DNA of 64,000 bases from an uncultured Pirellulales bacterium (GCA_964468375.1 CAYXUW010000001.1:28322-92321), one strand, 5' to 3'; shown: positions 40,764 to 49,319, numbered from the stretch's first letter. Made by a program: numbers and translations. The notes: a model not told the origin generated them from the letters alone.

Positions 40764-42905
40764 TTACGCCGTGTTCTTCTGCACTCCGCGGTGGTCAAGC
40801 GCTTTGCATCCGACGTCGATATAGCCCTGCCAGCCGATGCCGAGAACTCCGGGTTGCAGTGTTACTCTTTCGATTGTCGGCGTTCGCTTACCGTTAAGGA
40901 ATGCCACCTCGACGTTATCAGCATCGTTCGGCGATGCCATCAGGAACCAGGTTGTTGCTGAATAATTCGGATAAGCGGTGCTGCTCAGTCTCGATTCTAC
41001 TCCGACTTCCAGTGTGCCCTTATGTACGTTTTTGGACCCGCGTGTCGTATCGGTTGACCCTGCCCTTATGATGTAATCGCTCTCCAGCAGCTCCTTGCCT
41101 GTCTGCTCTAGTTCCGGCGGAATCAGCAAAACAGTCGGCTCAAGGTCTATCGGTTGGTTGTCCTTGTCTTTCTGCTTTCTCATCGCTGCTTTTGCCACGC
41201 CCAAATGTTCACTGGTCAAACTGTTTGTGCCATTCAGGTTGCCATGATCCGCATGGAACAAAGCAACACCGTCCTGCATTGCTCCGTTCGTCATCAAATG
41301 GGTGTAAATCAATTTGGCAATCAAAAGTCTCGATCTTCTTCCGGCGTGGAATGGTACCTTGGTAAGCGCGTTGAGATCGTCATTGATGATTGTCTGTCTT
41401 TCGATGATGATTAATTTGCCGTATGTTGCGATTTTATACTGCTCGTATTCTTCACCGAAAGTCCCGTGCTTCAGCTCGCCGGCGGCGCCGATCTGTTCCC
41501 AGTCGCCGATGTCGGTAACGCGGTTTCTTGTCATCGTTTTGAAGTCCGAAGCGTTTGCTATTGAGCACCACAGCTGCCAGGTATCAGCCGGTGACAGATA
41601 ACCTTTCATCAGACTTTTGTTGATGACCTCGCCGAGAGCTATGGGCAGACTTACTGTGCTGAAAGCGGCTCTGATTGTTTCTCTTCTGCTTGTTGGAATG
41701 GTTCCGCCGTCCAGCACGATGGCGTGTCTGCATATATCTATCAGCGAATTGTCCTGCAGGTGCTTGGCTTTTTCCGCCCGCTGGTCGCCGTTCTTTTTGT
41801 CGTTCTGGAATTCATCTTCATAACCGGCCCGCAGAAGCATCCCGTCCACCAGTATGCCTCTGGTCACATCCTTGTTATGAATATGAATTGCTGGCAACCC
41901 CGCCGATACATCCGCCCTGCTTTCCCGGACTGCCTTCAGAATTTCGGTTGAGGCCTCGGCAACCGACTTACCGTCCTTGATACACCGCTCGATTACCTCC
42001 GCTGGCACATCATCCCCCCCGAGATTTCTTATCGCGTCAACGCGCTCCCGCTCTTCCTTGAGCACCCGCTGGGCGACTTGCTCCGGCGTCTCGTCCTGCT
42101 GGCTGGCATTCAGCTGTGTCGGCTGCACGGCCGTTCTCTGCGCCGGCTCCGGGGGCTTTTTGTTATCCGGCTCTTTTGCGGGTGGATCGGCCTTGTCGCG
42201 TTTCTGCTCGGCCTGCCATTGCTCTTCCAGCTCCGCTCTTTTTTGCTCATCGAGGGTGTCCGGATTTTCCCCTCGCGCAATTAGCCACTTCGTGAATTCG
42301 TCCATTGTTTTTTCTCCTTTAAAAATTTTACTTTTACTTCTGTTTTTCGCGTCCTCATCGGCCCCGATAGGACAAATACTGCTTTCCCCGAGTATCCATT
42401 CGGTGGTTATCCTCAAGTCTCTCGCTGCCGAGGCCTGATACTCCTTGCCCCCGACATTTGCCTTTTCTCCTTTGGGGATAATTACCGAGTTGATCACCCT
42501 GTATCCCGCCGAATTGTCGGTAAGGTGTCCCTCTTTCGTAAGCGTCCAGGCATGCTCGGTGTCTTTGGAGCTGCTGAAGAAATTCCGCCCTATTAACTTG
42601 TCACCTTCGACCCGAAGATTACGTGTGCTTCCATGCTGTTTCTGCACCGTCGAACGATCATGGGTATCAAGCAAAGGAACCTGCCCATTTGCCGGTGCCC
42701 TGAACCCGCTCATAAGCAAAATCTCCTCGATTATCTCCCAGCGTCCCCAGTCCATCACGAGGACCCTGTTCTCTGTAGCAATTACCGCTTCTATTGAACG
42801 CGCCTTTTCATCGAGCGTTTCCATCCGGACCTGATAAGTCCGCGTAGTAAGCTCGTTTCTCTCAATTAATCCTTCAATCTGATTTCGTGTCATCGGCATT
42901 TTCAT
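40764..42905 (-). CDS. Prohead protease (HK97/S78-like) fused to a major-capsid-like domain
   Basis: The N-terminal ~190 aa carry His and Ser motifs (PLLDTHD, DNSAGYRV). Then comes an acidic/Pro-rich linker and ~400 aa of capsid-sized C-terminus. The start is ambiguous (five ATGs between 42893 and 42926); I chose 42905 after GGAG. Confidence 0.7.
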   Translation of the reverse strand: MKMPMTRNQIEGLIERNELTTRTYQVRMETLDEKARSIEAVIATENRVLVMDWGRWEIIEEILLMSGFRAPANGQVPLLDTHDRSTVQKQHGSTRNLRVEGDKLIGRNFFSSSKDTEHAWTLTKEGHLTDNSAGYRVINSVIIPKGEKANVGGKEYQASAARDLRITTEWILGESSICPIGADEDAKNRSKSKIFKGEKTMDEFTKWLIARGENPDTLDEQKRAELEEQWQAEQKRDKADPPAKEPDNKKPPEPAQRTAVQPTQLNASQQDETPEQVAQRVLKEERERVDAIRNLGGDDVPAEVIERCIKDGKSVAEASTEILKAVRESRADVSAGLPAIHIHNKDVTRGILVDGMLLRAGYEDEFQNDKKNGDQRAEKAKHLQDNSLIDICRHAIVLDGGTIPTSRRETIRAAFSTVSLPIALGEVINKSLMKGYLSPADTWQLWCSIANASDFKTMTRNRVTDIGDWEQIGAAGELKHGTFGEEYEQYKIATYGKLIIIERQTIINDDLNALTKVPFHAGRRSRLLIAKLIYTHLMTNGAMQDGVALFHADHGNLNGTNSLTSEHLGVAKAAMRKQKDKDNQPIDLEPTVLLIPPELEQTGKELLESDYIIRAGSTDTTRGSKNVHKGTLEVGVESRLSSTAYPNYSATTWFLMASPNDADNVEVAFLNGKRTPTIERVTLQPGVLGIGWQGYIDVGCKALDHRGVQKNTA

Positions 42906-44406
42906 TTTCTCCATCTTGCTTATCATTTTCCGCAGATGATGTTTTCACACCTGCTAATATTCTCCAGTCTATATCAATGCCTGTTTCCTTCTTTATTTCG
43001 TTTGCCTGCTCGATAGCAGTTTTAATTTCAACAGCCCGTTGCAACATTTCCGGCTGCCAATCCTTACCCTGCAATGAATATTCGGTCTTCAGATTCGTTG
43101 CCACATTCTTGAGCCTCAAATCTTGTCCCTTAGCCTCTTTCTGCGGGTCCACGTGGCCGCTGTCCGGCCAGTTCCAGGAAGGTATTGTCGCTGCGAGGTT
43201 TTTGCCTTTGTAGTATTTGAAGTATCCGGGTATGAGTAGTGCCTCTCGCAGCCATGCGAACAGCACCGGGTTATTTAATTTCAGCTCTATCCATCCACGG
43301 ACAGTTCTTTTAAATTTATTGAAGCTTTGATGGTCGAGCCGGCCTGATGCGTAATTGTATTCCGAAGAATTCGCCGCCGCTATGTTATAAGGCATACTGA
43401 TACAGCGGGCTATTTCGTTTATGATTTCCGCCTTGAACATTTTGTATGTTGTCGAAGGATGTTCCGGCTTCATCTGCTGCATTTCGCCGCCTGGTACTGT
43501 AAGCCATGAGTTCCGCGGAATTTCGACTTCGTCGCCCGCCTCGTATTCGACTGAACTATCGTCTGTCGCCTCTGTTTTAAGCACCCCCGCCACGTTCGCA
43601 GCCATCTCGGCCGCATCGCACGTGGCGAGCGTGTATCGCCTCAACAATGCGAAAAGCGGCAATGCCGGTGTTATCCACGGTATTCCTCTCGATTGTTCGA
43701 ATCTTTTTAATCGATACAGGTGCATCACCTGTGATGCCGGTACCTTGTCGTATTCGCCAAAATTCTTTGAAAAAAGAGATGATCCCGGATGCTGTTTGAG
43801 TATATAGTAAAATGCGGGTTTTCCGTCCCCATCATATTCTATTCCGTCCCTTATTTTATCGTCCAGCACCAGCCCTAGCGGGCTGTCGAGACGATCCGGC
43901 TCTATTGCTCGCAGTCTGAGCTGCGGTTCGCGCCTTACCCTTGTCCATTTCTTCTTGGATCTGGCGTTAACCATTACGATAAGCCCTTCTCCCGAATCGC
44001 ATTGTTGTCTGACTCCCGCTATCTGCTGAATCTCGCCGAACGACAGCTTGCCTTCGATATCACATATAAGAGACCACAGATAGAATTTCTCCTCGATTTC
44101 TTTGTTCGCATCCGGTCCTTCGCCACTCTGGAACTGCAGGTCGGCGCCCGTGCTGATAACTTCATTGACGAGAGTATCGATTATTCCTTCCGCATATGAA
44201 TTATTGCGCACCTCATATCTGCACCTGTTCCGAAGCACAGACAGTCCCTCCCTTATCGCCGAATCGGCGTTGCCGGCGTTCGCCCAAAGCCAGTGGTTCT
44301 CGTTATGCCGATCCGTGGCAGCAGCGTCAAAGCTTCTGGCCGCGGCGTGCGGCGGATGTCCCTTCCTCTGGACTCCAGTTTCTACAAATCCACCTAATAA
44401 GCTCAT
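42874..44406 (-). CDS. Portal protein (lambda gpB-type by size and order)
   Basis: 510 aa. It lies between the gpW-like gene and the protease-capsid gene, and pairs with a GpA-family terminase. Confidence 0.75.
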   Translation of the reverse strand: MSLLGGFVETGVQRKGHPPHAAARSFDAAATDRHNENHWLWANAGNADSAIREGLSVLRNRCRYEVRNNSYAEGIIDTLVNEVISTGADLQFQSGEGPDANKEIEEKFYLWSLICDIEGKLSFGEIQQIAGVRQQCDSGEGLIVMVNARSKKKWTRVRREPQLRLRAIEPDRLDSPLGLVLDDKIRDGIEYDGDGKPAFYYILKQHPGSSLFSKNFGEYDKVPASQVMHLYRLKRFEQSRGIPWITPALPLFALLRRYTLATCDAAEMAANVAGVLKTEATDDSSVEYEAGDEVEIPRNSWLTVPGGEMQQMKPEHPSTTYKMFKAEIINEIARCISMPYNIAAANSSEYNYASGRLDHQSFNKFKRTVRGWIELKLNNPVLFAWLREALLIPGYFKYYKGKNLAATIPSWNWPDSGHVDPQKEAKGQDLRLKNVATNLKTEYSLQGKDWQPEMLQRAVEIKTAIEQANEIKKETGIDIDWRILAGVKTSSAENDKQDGENENADDTKSD

Positions 44407-44648
44407 CTGCTTCTCCGCTTAAGAAATCTGTCGAGCCACAGATCTGTAATTAAAATCGCACCGACGGCTATAAGCGCCGCCGCGCTGTTGTATTGCCTCA
44501 CTCCCGCCCATATAAAAACAAGCGCTGTGACGGCCGTCAGGGAATCGATTTTCTTTGATATATATTTGATTATGGTTTTGAAACGTCTCCCCGCGGCCGC
44601 CGCTACGCTCGTAACTGAACTTTTTATTTTTGAAATTTGAATTTTCAC
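44403..44648 (-). CDS. Small membrane protein
   Basis: 81 aa. GTG start with a GTGA overlap. Hydrophobic segment TALVFIWAG...AALIAVGAILI. Confidence 0.45.
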   Translation of the reverse strand: MKIQISKIKSSVTSVAAAAGRRFKTIIKYISKKIDSLTAVTALVFIWAGVRQYNSAAALIAVGAILITDLWLDRFLKRRSR

Positions 44649-44866
44649 GTTCTTATCCCCGGTGATTTGAGGCGTGTTATTCTGAACGGCACTTTGTTAT
44701 TTATCTGAAGCTGCAGGGCCGCGTAATACTTTCTTGTTTCCCGCAGTTCCTTTAAACTCCGGTATGTCACCATCTTGCCTTGCTCCTGAAGCTGTATGGG
44801 CTCCCCTACCCAGTTCAGTATCGCCTCGTCGATTGCGTCTATAATTACAGTATAATCCGCCGCCAT
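44645..44866 (-). CDS. gpW-like head-tail joining protein
   Basis: 73 aa. EQGKMVTYRSLKELRETRKYYAALQLQ parallels lambda gpW [26 protein letters not shown], and it sits just upstream of the portal gene. Confidence 0.55.
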   Translation of the reverse strand: MAADYTVIIDAIDEAILNWVGEPIQLQEQGKMVTYRSLKELRETRKYYAALQLQINNKVPFRITRLKSPGIRT

Positions 44867-44880
44867 CTCGTACTTCCTTA

Positions 44881-44930
44881 AGCCAAAAGAAAAAGCGCCA
44901 GGCGGGTATGCGGCCCCGCATGGCGCTTTT
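44881..44930 (-). terminator. Strong intrinsic terminator-like hairpin directly upstream of the head genes
   Basis: AAAAGCGCCA (44891-44900) pairs with TGGCGCTTTT (44921-44930), with an inner GCGGG/CCCGC stem. On the minus strand it is followed by TTTTTCTTTT, then the AAGGAAG RBS and ATG 44866. Confidence 0.65.
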
Positions 44931-45026
44931 ATCTTCCAGCCGAAATAATAAAGAGCTTCTTTACATTAGTAATTTTCGGTATGTGGCGGGCGTTTTGTCA
45001 ACGCCTAATACGATGAATTAAGGATT

Positions 45027-45082
45027 GCGGTCTATATATAGCCAACTATTTTACAGGCGGTCTATATATAGCCAATTATTTT
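45027..45082. repeat. Two 26-bp direct repeats with a palindromic core
   Basis: GCGGTCTATATATAGCCAA(C/T)TATTTT occurs at 45027-45052 and 45057-45082. The core CTATATATAG is a 10-bp palindrome. Confidence 0.85.
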
Positions 45083-45087
45083 GACCG

Positions 45088-45663
45088 CTATTCGTATTTT
45101 TTTCTTTCTCTCTCGGCCTTGCGCAAATCTTCTACCTGATCATAGCAGCTCTTTTTGGCCGCCCGGCAATTAATTATTTCCTCTTCCACTGCGACCGTAT
45201 CGATGTCTATATCCGGATTTCTCTTTGCAAGGTTTTTGATTTTCGACAGCTCTCGTTCTTTTCCGGCCAGCAGGCGGGCGCGTTTTTTAAGAAAGCTTAT
45301 CTGGTTATCATTCGCCCGCTGCGAACTCATCTTCGCCTCAATCGCGGCTATTTTGTCCCAGCTATCTTGTATTAATTCTTCTACTCTTTTTCTTCTCAGT
45401 GCTTCTTTTTCCGCCGCTCTGTCCCTACCCGGCCTTTCTCTTTTGATGATCTGGCTGTTGGGCTCTTCTGAGGATTCTTCCGTATACTCCTCTGTGTTTT
45501 GTTGCTCCTCGAGTATTTCGATGCGCCCTTCAAGCTCTTCGATCCTGCTCTCGAGCTCTGCAACTCTTTCATCCATGTCCGTTTCGGGCGTGTCCTGCTC
45601 GGCGCTTACGGGCAATGTCACAAGAAATATGAACAGAACCCCTATATATAATAACCGTTTCAT
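45088..45663 (-). CDS. Secreted coiled-coil protein
   Basis: 191 aa. A signal peptide (LFIFLVTLPVSAEQ) is followed by heptad-like ELESRIEELEGRIEILEEQ. Confidence 0.65.
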   Translation of the reverse strand: MKRLLYIGVLFIFLVTLPVSAEQDTPETDMDERVAELESRIEELEGRIEILEEQQNTEEYTEESSEEPNSQIIKRERPGRDRAAEKEALRRKRVEELIQDSWDKIAAIEAKMSSQRANDNQISFLKKRARLLAGKERELSKIKNLAKRNPDIDIDTVAVEEEIINCRAAKKSCYDQVEDLRKAERERKKYE

Positions 45664-45678
45664 AATTTCCTCTCCTTT

Positions 45679-45885
45679 CTAAGAACTGCTTAAAATTTCG
45701 AATTTTTTAATATTAACAACTTTTCTGCCTTTTATTTTTTCTACAGTATATTCCTGCACCACAAAACCAATTTCGCGCGGCGGCGGAGCTGGTGGCGGTG
45801 ACGGTTTTTTAGCTCTGTCCGGCGGTCCCGGATTCGATTCTTTTTTCTTCACCATCCTTCGCCTCTTTAATAAGCTCCAAGTCAT
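45679..45885 (-). CDS. Possible Pro/Lys-rich small protein
   Basis: 68 aa. It overlaps the upstream ORF by 47-77 nt depending on the start, so its reality is uncertain. Confidence 0.35.
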   Translation of the reverse strand: MTWSLLKRRRMVKKKESNPGPPDRAKKPSPPPAPPPREIGFVVQEYTVEKIKGRKVVNIKKFEILSSS

Positions 45886-46102
45886 CCTTCATTTGTGACA
45901 ATATGTTCCTGATTTTGCATAATGCCGTTGCTATTATTTTCTTGAAATCCGCAGGTTTGATAGTATCATTTTTTTCTAATACCTTGAACTTCTCTATAGA
46001 ATAACAAAATCCCAATTTCAATCTTATCTCTAACATAGACAAATCAGCAGGATTGCTGCTGACCATTATTTTATGTTTATCAATAAATTCTTGAACGTCC
46101 AT
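45809..46102 (-). CDS. Hypothetical protein (spans the unit junction)
   Basis: 97 aa with a GGAGGTGAAAA RBS. ATG at 46102 equals position 12 of the unit, and its first 12 nt also appear truncated at window positions 1-12. Confidence 0.55.
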   Translation of the reverse strand: MDVQEFIDKHKIMVSSNPADLSMLEIRLKLGFCYSIEKFKVLEKNDTIKPADFKKIIATALCKIRNILSQMKDDLELIKEAKDGEEKRIESGTAGQS

Positions 46103-46126
46103 TTTTCACCTCCGGGCTTTGCCCGT

Positions 46127-46162
46127 CCCCGCGTTTAGCTCCGACCGGTCGGAGCTGCGGGG
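46127..46162. other. GC-rich palindromic stem-loop (second copy)
   Basis: Exact second copy (+46090) of 37..72. Confidence 0.6.
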
Positions 46163-46163
46163 G

Positions 46164-46340
46164 TCATTTCAGTGTCTCGAGTATCCGTTCTAAATTTCCC
46201 GCCGTTATTTCGCTTCGGCCCTGCAGGTAATTATATATCGTCTGTGGATTCAAATCAACTTCGCGTGCGAGCTGCGGCACGCTCATCCTTTTTTTCTTAA
46301 GCAATCTATCTATCTCGCTGCGAAAGTCTACCTTCTTCAT
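46164..46340 (-). CDS. XRE-family HTH regulator (second copy)
   Basis: Exact second copy (+46090) of 74..250. Confidence 0.7.
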   Translation of the reverse strand: MKKVDFRSEIDRLLKKKRMSVPQLAREVDLNPQTIYNYLQGRSEITAGNLERILETLK

Positions 46341-46359
46341 ATTGTTGTTTCCTTATTGC

Positions 46360-46707
46360 TTAGCTTTTCGGCATCCCCAGTGCCTCGGATATATTTGCGC
46401 CGTCCATATTCGCATCTTCAAAATCAGCACCGTCAATATCTGCAGCATATAAATCCGCATCGGTCAGATTCGCATTTCTAAAATTCGTACCGGTAAGAAA
46501 AGCGGCATATAAATTTACACCTGAAAGATTCGTATCGGACAAATCAGCCCCGGAAAAATCCAGTCCGGATAAATCCTGGCCAGACATATCAGCGCCGGAT
46601 AGATTTACATGTTTAAGTATTGCCTTGCTTACCGCCTCTCTGAAATTTTTTGCTTCGGCAAAAAACAAGATTTCTCCTGTGGTTTTATGTTTGATTTCGA
46701 TTTTCAT
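46360..46707 (-). CDS. Pentapeptide-repeat protein (second copy)
   Basis: Exact second copy of 270..617 with identical translation. Confidence 0.85.
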   Translation of the reverse strand: MKIEIKHKTTGEILFFAEAKNFREAVSKAILKHVNLSGADMSGQDLSGLDFSGADLSDTNLSGVNLYAAFLTGTNFRNANLTDADLYAADIDGADFEDANMDGANISEALGMPKS

Positions 46708-46820
46708 ATCGTCCCCGCTGCTATATTTAGGGCCAGTTCCGTTTTTGTCGGCCAGAAACCGAATCTCCTTTTAAACCGTTTTTCCGCCGCCGTTTTTGTT
46801 CTTTTTCTTCGCTTTTCCAT
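46704..46820 (-). CDS. Possible small basic protein (second copy)
   Basis: Exact second copy of 614..730. Confidence 0.3.
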   Translation of the reverse strand: MEKRRKRTKTAAEKRFKRRFGFWPTKTELALNIAAGTI

Positions 46821-46868
46821 TTTCCTGTTCCTTTCCTATTTACACTATATTTTCAAATGAGCTAAGAA

Positions 46869-47021
46869 TTATAACATATCCCAATCTGATGCACTCAAAA
46901 ACAGGATTTTGCCTTTGTATTTAACACTCCAACCTGAATATTGACCGGTATAGGTAACTATTAAATGCCCTCGCAATCTTGCGCCTGTCATTACGTGTTT
47001 GAATGTTTTCACCTTGGCCAT
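46869..47021 (-). CDS. Hypothetical small protein (second copy)
   Basis: Exact second copy of 779..931. Confidence 0.45.
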   Translation of the reverse strand: MAKVKTFKHVMTGARLRGHLIVTYTGQYSGWSVKYKGKILFLSASDWDML

Positions 47022-47048
47022 TTTTCACCCTTTCATATTAATTTATCA

Positions 47049-47087
47049 ATTCTATTATAATTATATAACTATAATAGAATAAGTCAA
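47049..47087 (-). promoter_or_regulatory. Promoter TTGACT-16-TATAAT with overlapping 11-bp inverted repeat (second copy)
   Basis: Exact second copy of 959..997. Confidence 0.6.
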
Positions 47088-47139
47088 GCAAAAATAACAG
47101 GTTTTTTAAATATTTTTTAAACCCCCTGTTTGCAGGCAT

Positions 47140-47355
47140 TTAGGGCTTATCTTTCTTTTTTTCGTATACTTTTTCGATAATCTCCTTGGTCCGGACTACG
47201 GTTCCGCAGTTTCTGCATATTTTCCGGCGGCGGATCGCCCCGAAAACAGGCATCGTTTTCACGCAGCTCCAGGGCCTGCCCGCTTCATCGCGGAAATCCT
47301 CGCATCCGCAAGTCGGGCAAATCAACCCCTTTTGTTTTTTGCTGTCTTTGCTCAT
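47140..47355 (-). CDS. Small zinc-ribbon protein (second copy)
   Basis: Exact second copy of 1050..1265. Confidence 0.7.
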   Translation of the reverse strand: MSKDSKKQKGLICPTCGCEDFRDEAGRPWSCVKTMPVFGAIRRRKICRNCGTVVRTKEIIEKVYEKKKDKP

Positions 47356-49319
47356 CTCAACCGTTTCTGTTTTTGCAGCTCGCTCAGTTTTATTTTCTTT
47401 TTACCCCTCGTCGCTGCCGCCGGTGCTACTTTCTTTTCCCCGGGCGCCTTCAGATAATGTACGCCCTTGTAATAGCCGGCCGCCGCTGCAAGCACCTCGA
47501 GGTCTAGTGAATGTGTCGGCGCCCCTTTCGAGACCGGCTCCCATACCCATTTGATATTATTATTCCTGTCCCGTTTTTTGATTTTATGCTCGTTGGAAAA
47601 TTCAGTCAGGTAGTAATAAGGAATTTCACTGTAAAAAGTCAGTAATGGTGATTTTATAACTTCGCCTTTATCGTTCCGCTGCGGCTCGGCCCAGCTCTGC
47701 ACCTGGTTCTTAAAGTAATGCGTATCGACTATTACAAGCTGCATACCTCGATATCGGCGCCGCTGTTTTTGTGTAAGCCGTCTTTCTGTTGCGCTTTCGA
47801 CATCTGATATCGCCAAAGGTTTCAATAACGGTCCGGGCACGCCCTTGGTCGGAATAGTCAGTCCCGGCCGCTGCCTGCAGTACTCATATACGTCATCCGG
47901 CTCATCCGCTGCAAAATGCTGAAATCCGGAGTCCACGAACATTACCATAACCGCAAGCCACGGCTTCTGCTCGTTCGATGTCCCGTCCGCCCAGGGGAAC
48001 GGACTGAGCAATACCTCTTCGTCGAGCTTATCGAACGATGAAGCGTGACCACTTTTTATAGTGCAGTTTTTCAGTCCGTATCCGTATCCCTTTATTGTAT
48101 AATCGATTCGCACAATTCCGCGTGTTCTCGATTTATGATAATCCGCCGCTGCAACAAGTATATTCACCCAGTCCGGCACCGTCCCCTTGCTGAATCCGCC
48201 GGTAAGTTTTTTCAGCTCGCTCGTTTTAAGCTTTTTGCCCACTTCCTCGAATGGCACTGCTTCGATGGAATTCTTGAAATCGATTAAAGCCCCCTGCGCA
48301 ATACCCTCTTCCGTATTTGCCTTTAGCCATTTGGCCATAATTCTCGGCCAACTCATTCCCTCGAATGGTGATATCCATCCGGGCGCATTAAAGCCGCTGT
48401 GCCTTTCGTCCCTCAGCGGCCGGCCGTGAATATTGCCGTCGGCGTCCATGGTTTGGCCTTCCGGTAGCCACTCGCCGGCGGCAACAAGCGCTTCTTTCTG
48501 GATTTCCTCTATCCGATGTGCGCAGCGCTGGCATTCGTACCATACGCAGCCGACACCTTCTCTTATGATTTCATCCGGGTCCGTCAGTTTCGGCGGCTTT
48601 TTGAATTGTATCCAGATCCAAATAATATATTCGCCGCAATGAGGACAGGGTATGTAATATTTTTCTTTGTTAGATTCCTGATAAGGCCCGTCTATATAAT
48701 CCTTCGGGCTGACAGGCGTCGATACCCTGACAATTTTCCTATCCCAGAAAGTCGTTGTCGTTTTAATTGCGATATCTATCGGATTGGACTCTCTTCCGGA
48801 AAAGGGCGGGTATGCCGTGGGCTCGTCGAAGAACAGGTTCTTAATATGTTTTTGTTTCAACTCTGCTGTCGATCCCGCCCATCCGAAGTATAGCGTCATC
48901 CTGTCGAAGCTGAAATAATCGCCTTGCAGATCTCGCGGTCCTGATGTATGACCTAGCAGCGCATCGGACAGCTCTACCATCGGCTTAAAAACTTTCTCTT
49001 TGGTATAGTCGACATCTCTTTCTCTCGGTACAACGTATTGTGTATTTGCCGGATCCTGCTCGATAACGGATGCTATCATATTCTGCACGGCGGTCGATTT
49101 GCCCATCTGGCGTGCGAACATCAAATCCAGTTCCTCCACTATTGGGTTATTGAACGCATCCATTGGTTTGCGCATATAGGGTGTTCTGTCTGTCCGGTAA
49201 GGTCCGGGCTCAGCGCAATCCGGAGGCAATATTCTTATCTTGTCTGCGCATTCGCTGACAGATAGTTTCTCGGGTATCCGCCAAATATCCTTCTCTTCTT
49301 TAGTCCAGATTGTTTTCAC
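47352..49319 (-). CDS. terL: Terminase large subunit, GpA family (second copy)
   Basis: Exact second copy of 1262..3229. Confidence 0.9.
   Translation of the reverse strand: MKTIWTKEEKDIWRIPEKLSVSECADKIRILPPDCAEPGPYRTDRTPYMRKPMDAFNNPIVEELDLMFARQMGKSTAVQNMIASVIEQDPANTQYVVPRERDVDYTKEKVFKPMVELSDALLGHTSGPRDLQGDYFSFDRMTLYFGWAGSTAELKQKHIKNLFFDEPTAYPPFSGRESNPIDIAIKTTTTFWDRKIVRVSTPVSPKDYIDGPYQESNKEKYYIPCPHCGEYIIWIWIQFKKPPKLTDPDEIIREGVGCVWYECQRCAHRIEEIQKEALVAAGEWLPEGQTMDADGNIHGRPLRDERHSGFNAPGWISPFEGMSWPRIMAKWLKANTEEGIAQGALIDFKNSIEAVPFEEVGKKLKTSELKKLTGGFSKGTVPDWVNILVAAADYHKSRTRGIVRIDYTIKGYGYGLKNCTIKSGHASSFDKLDEEVLLSPFPWADGTSNEQKPWLAVMVMFVDSGFQHFAADEPDDVYEYCRQRPGLTIPTKGVPGPLLKPLAISDVESATERRLTQKQRRRYRGMQLVIVDTHYFKNQVQSWAEPQRNDKGEVIKSPLLTFYSEIPYYYLTEFSNEHKIKKRDRNNNIKWVWEPVSKGAPTHSLDLEVLAAAAGYYKGVHYLKAPGEKKVAPAAATRGKKKIKLSELQKQKRLR

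Larger units (their letters stand above)
1..46090. mobile_element. One full 46,090-bp unit of a temperate tailed-phage genome (lambda-type terminase/gpW/portal, HK97-type protease-capsid, tape measure, integrase plus attP-like site)
   Basis: The sequence returns to its own start at 46091. It holds complete packaging, head, tail, integration and early modules and no host housekeeping genes. Confidence 0.85.

Noticed and set aside
44996-45001. A perfect TTGACA (minus strand) as the late promoter -35
   Set aside because: No acceptable -10 hexamer lies 16-18 nt downstream, and the hexamer sits in the loop of a 6-bp hairpin (44989-45005).
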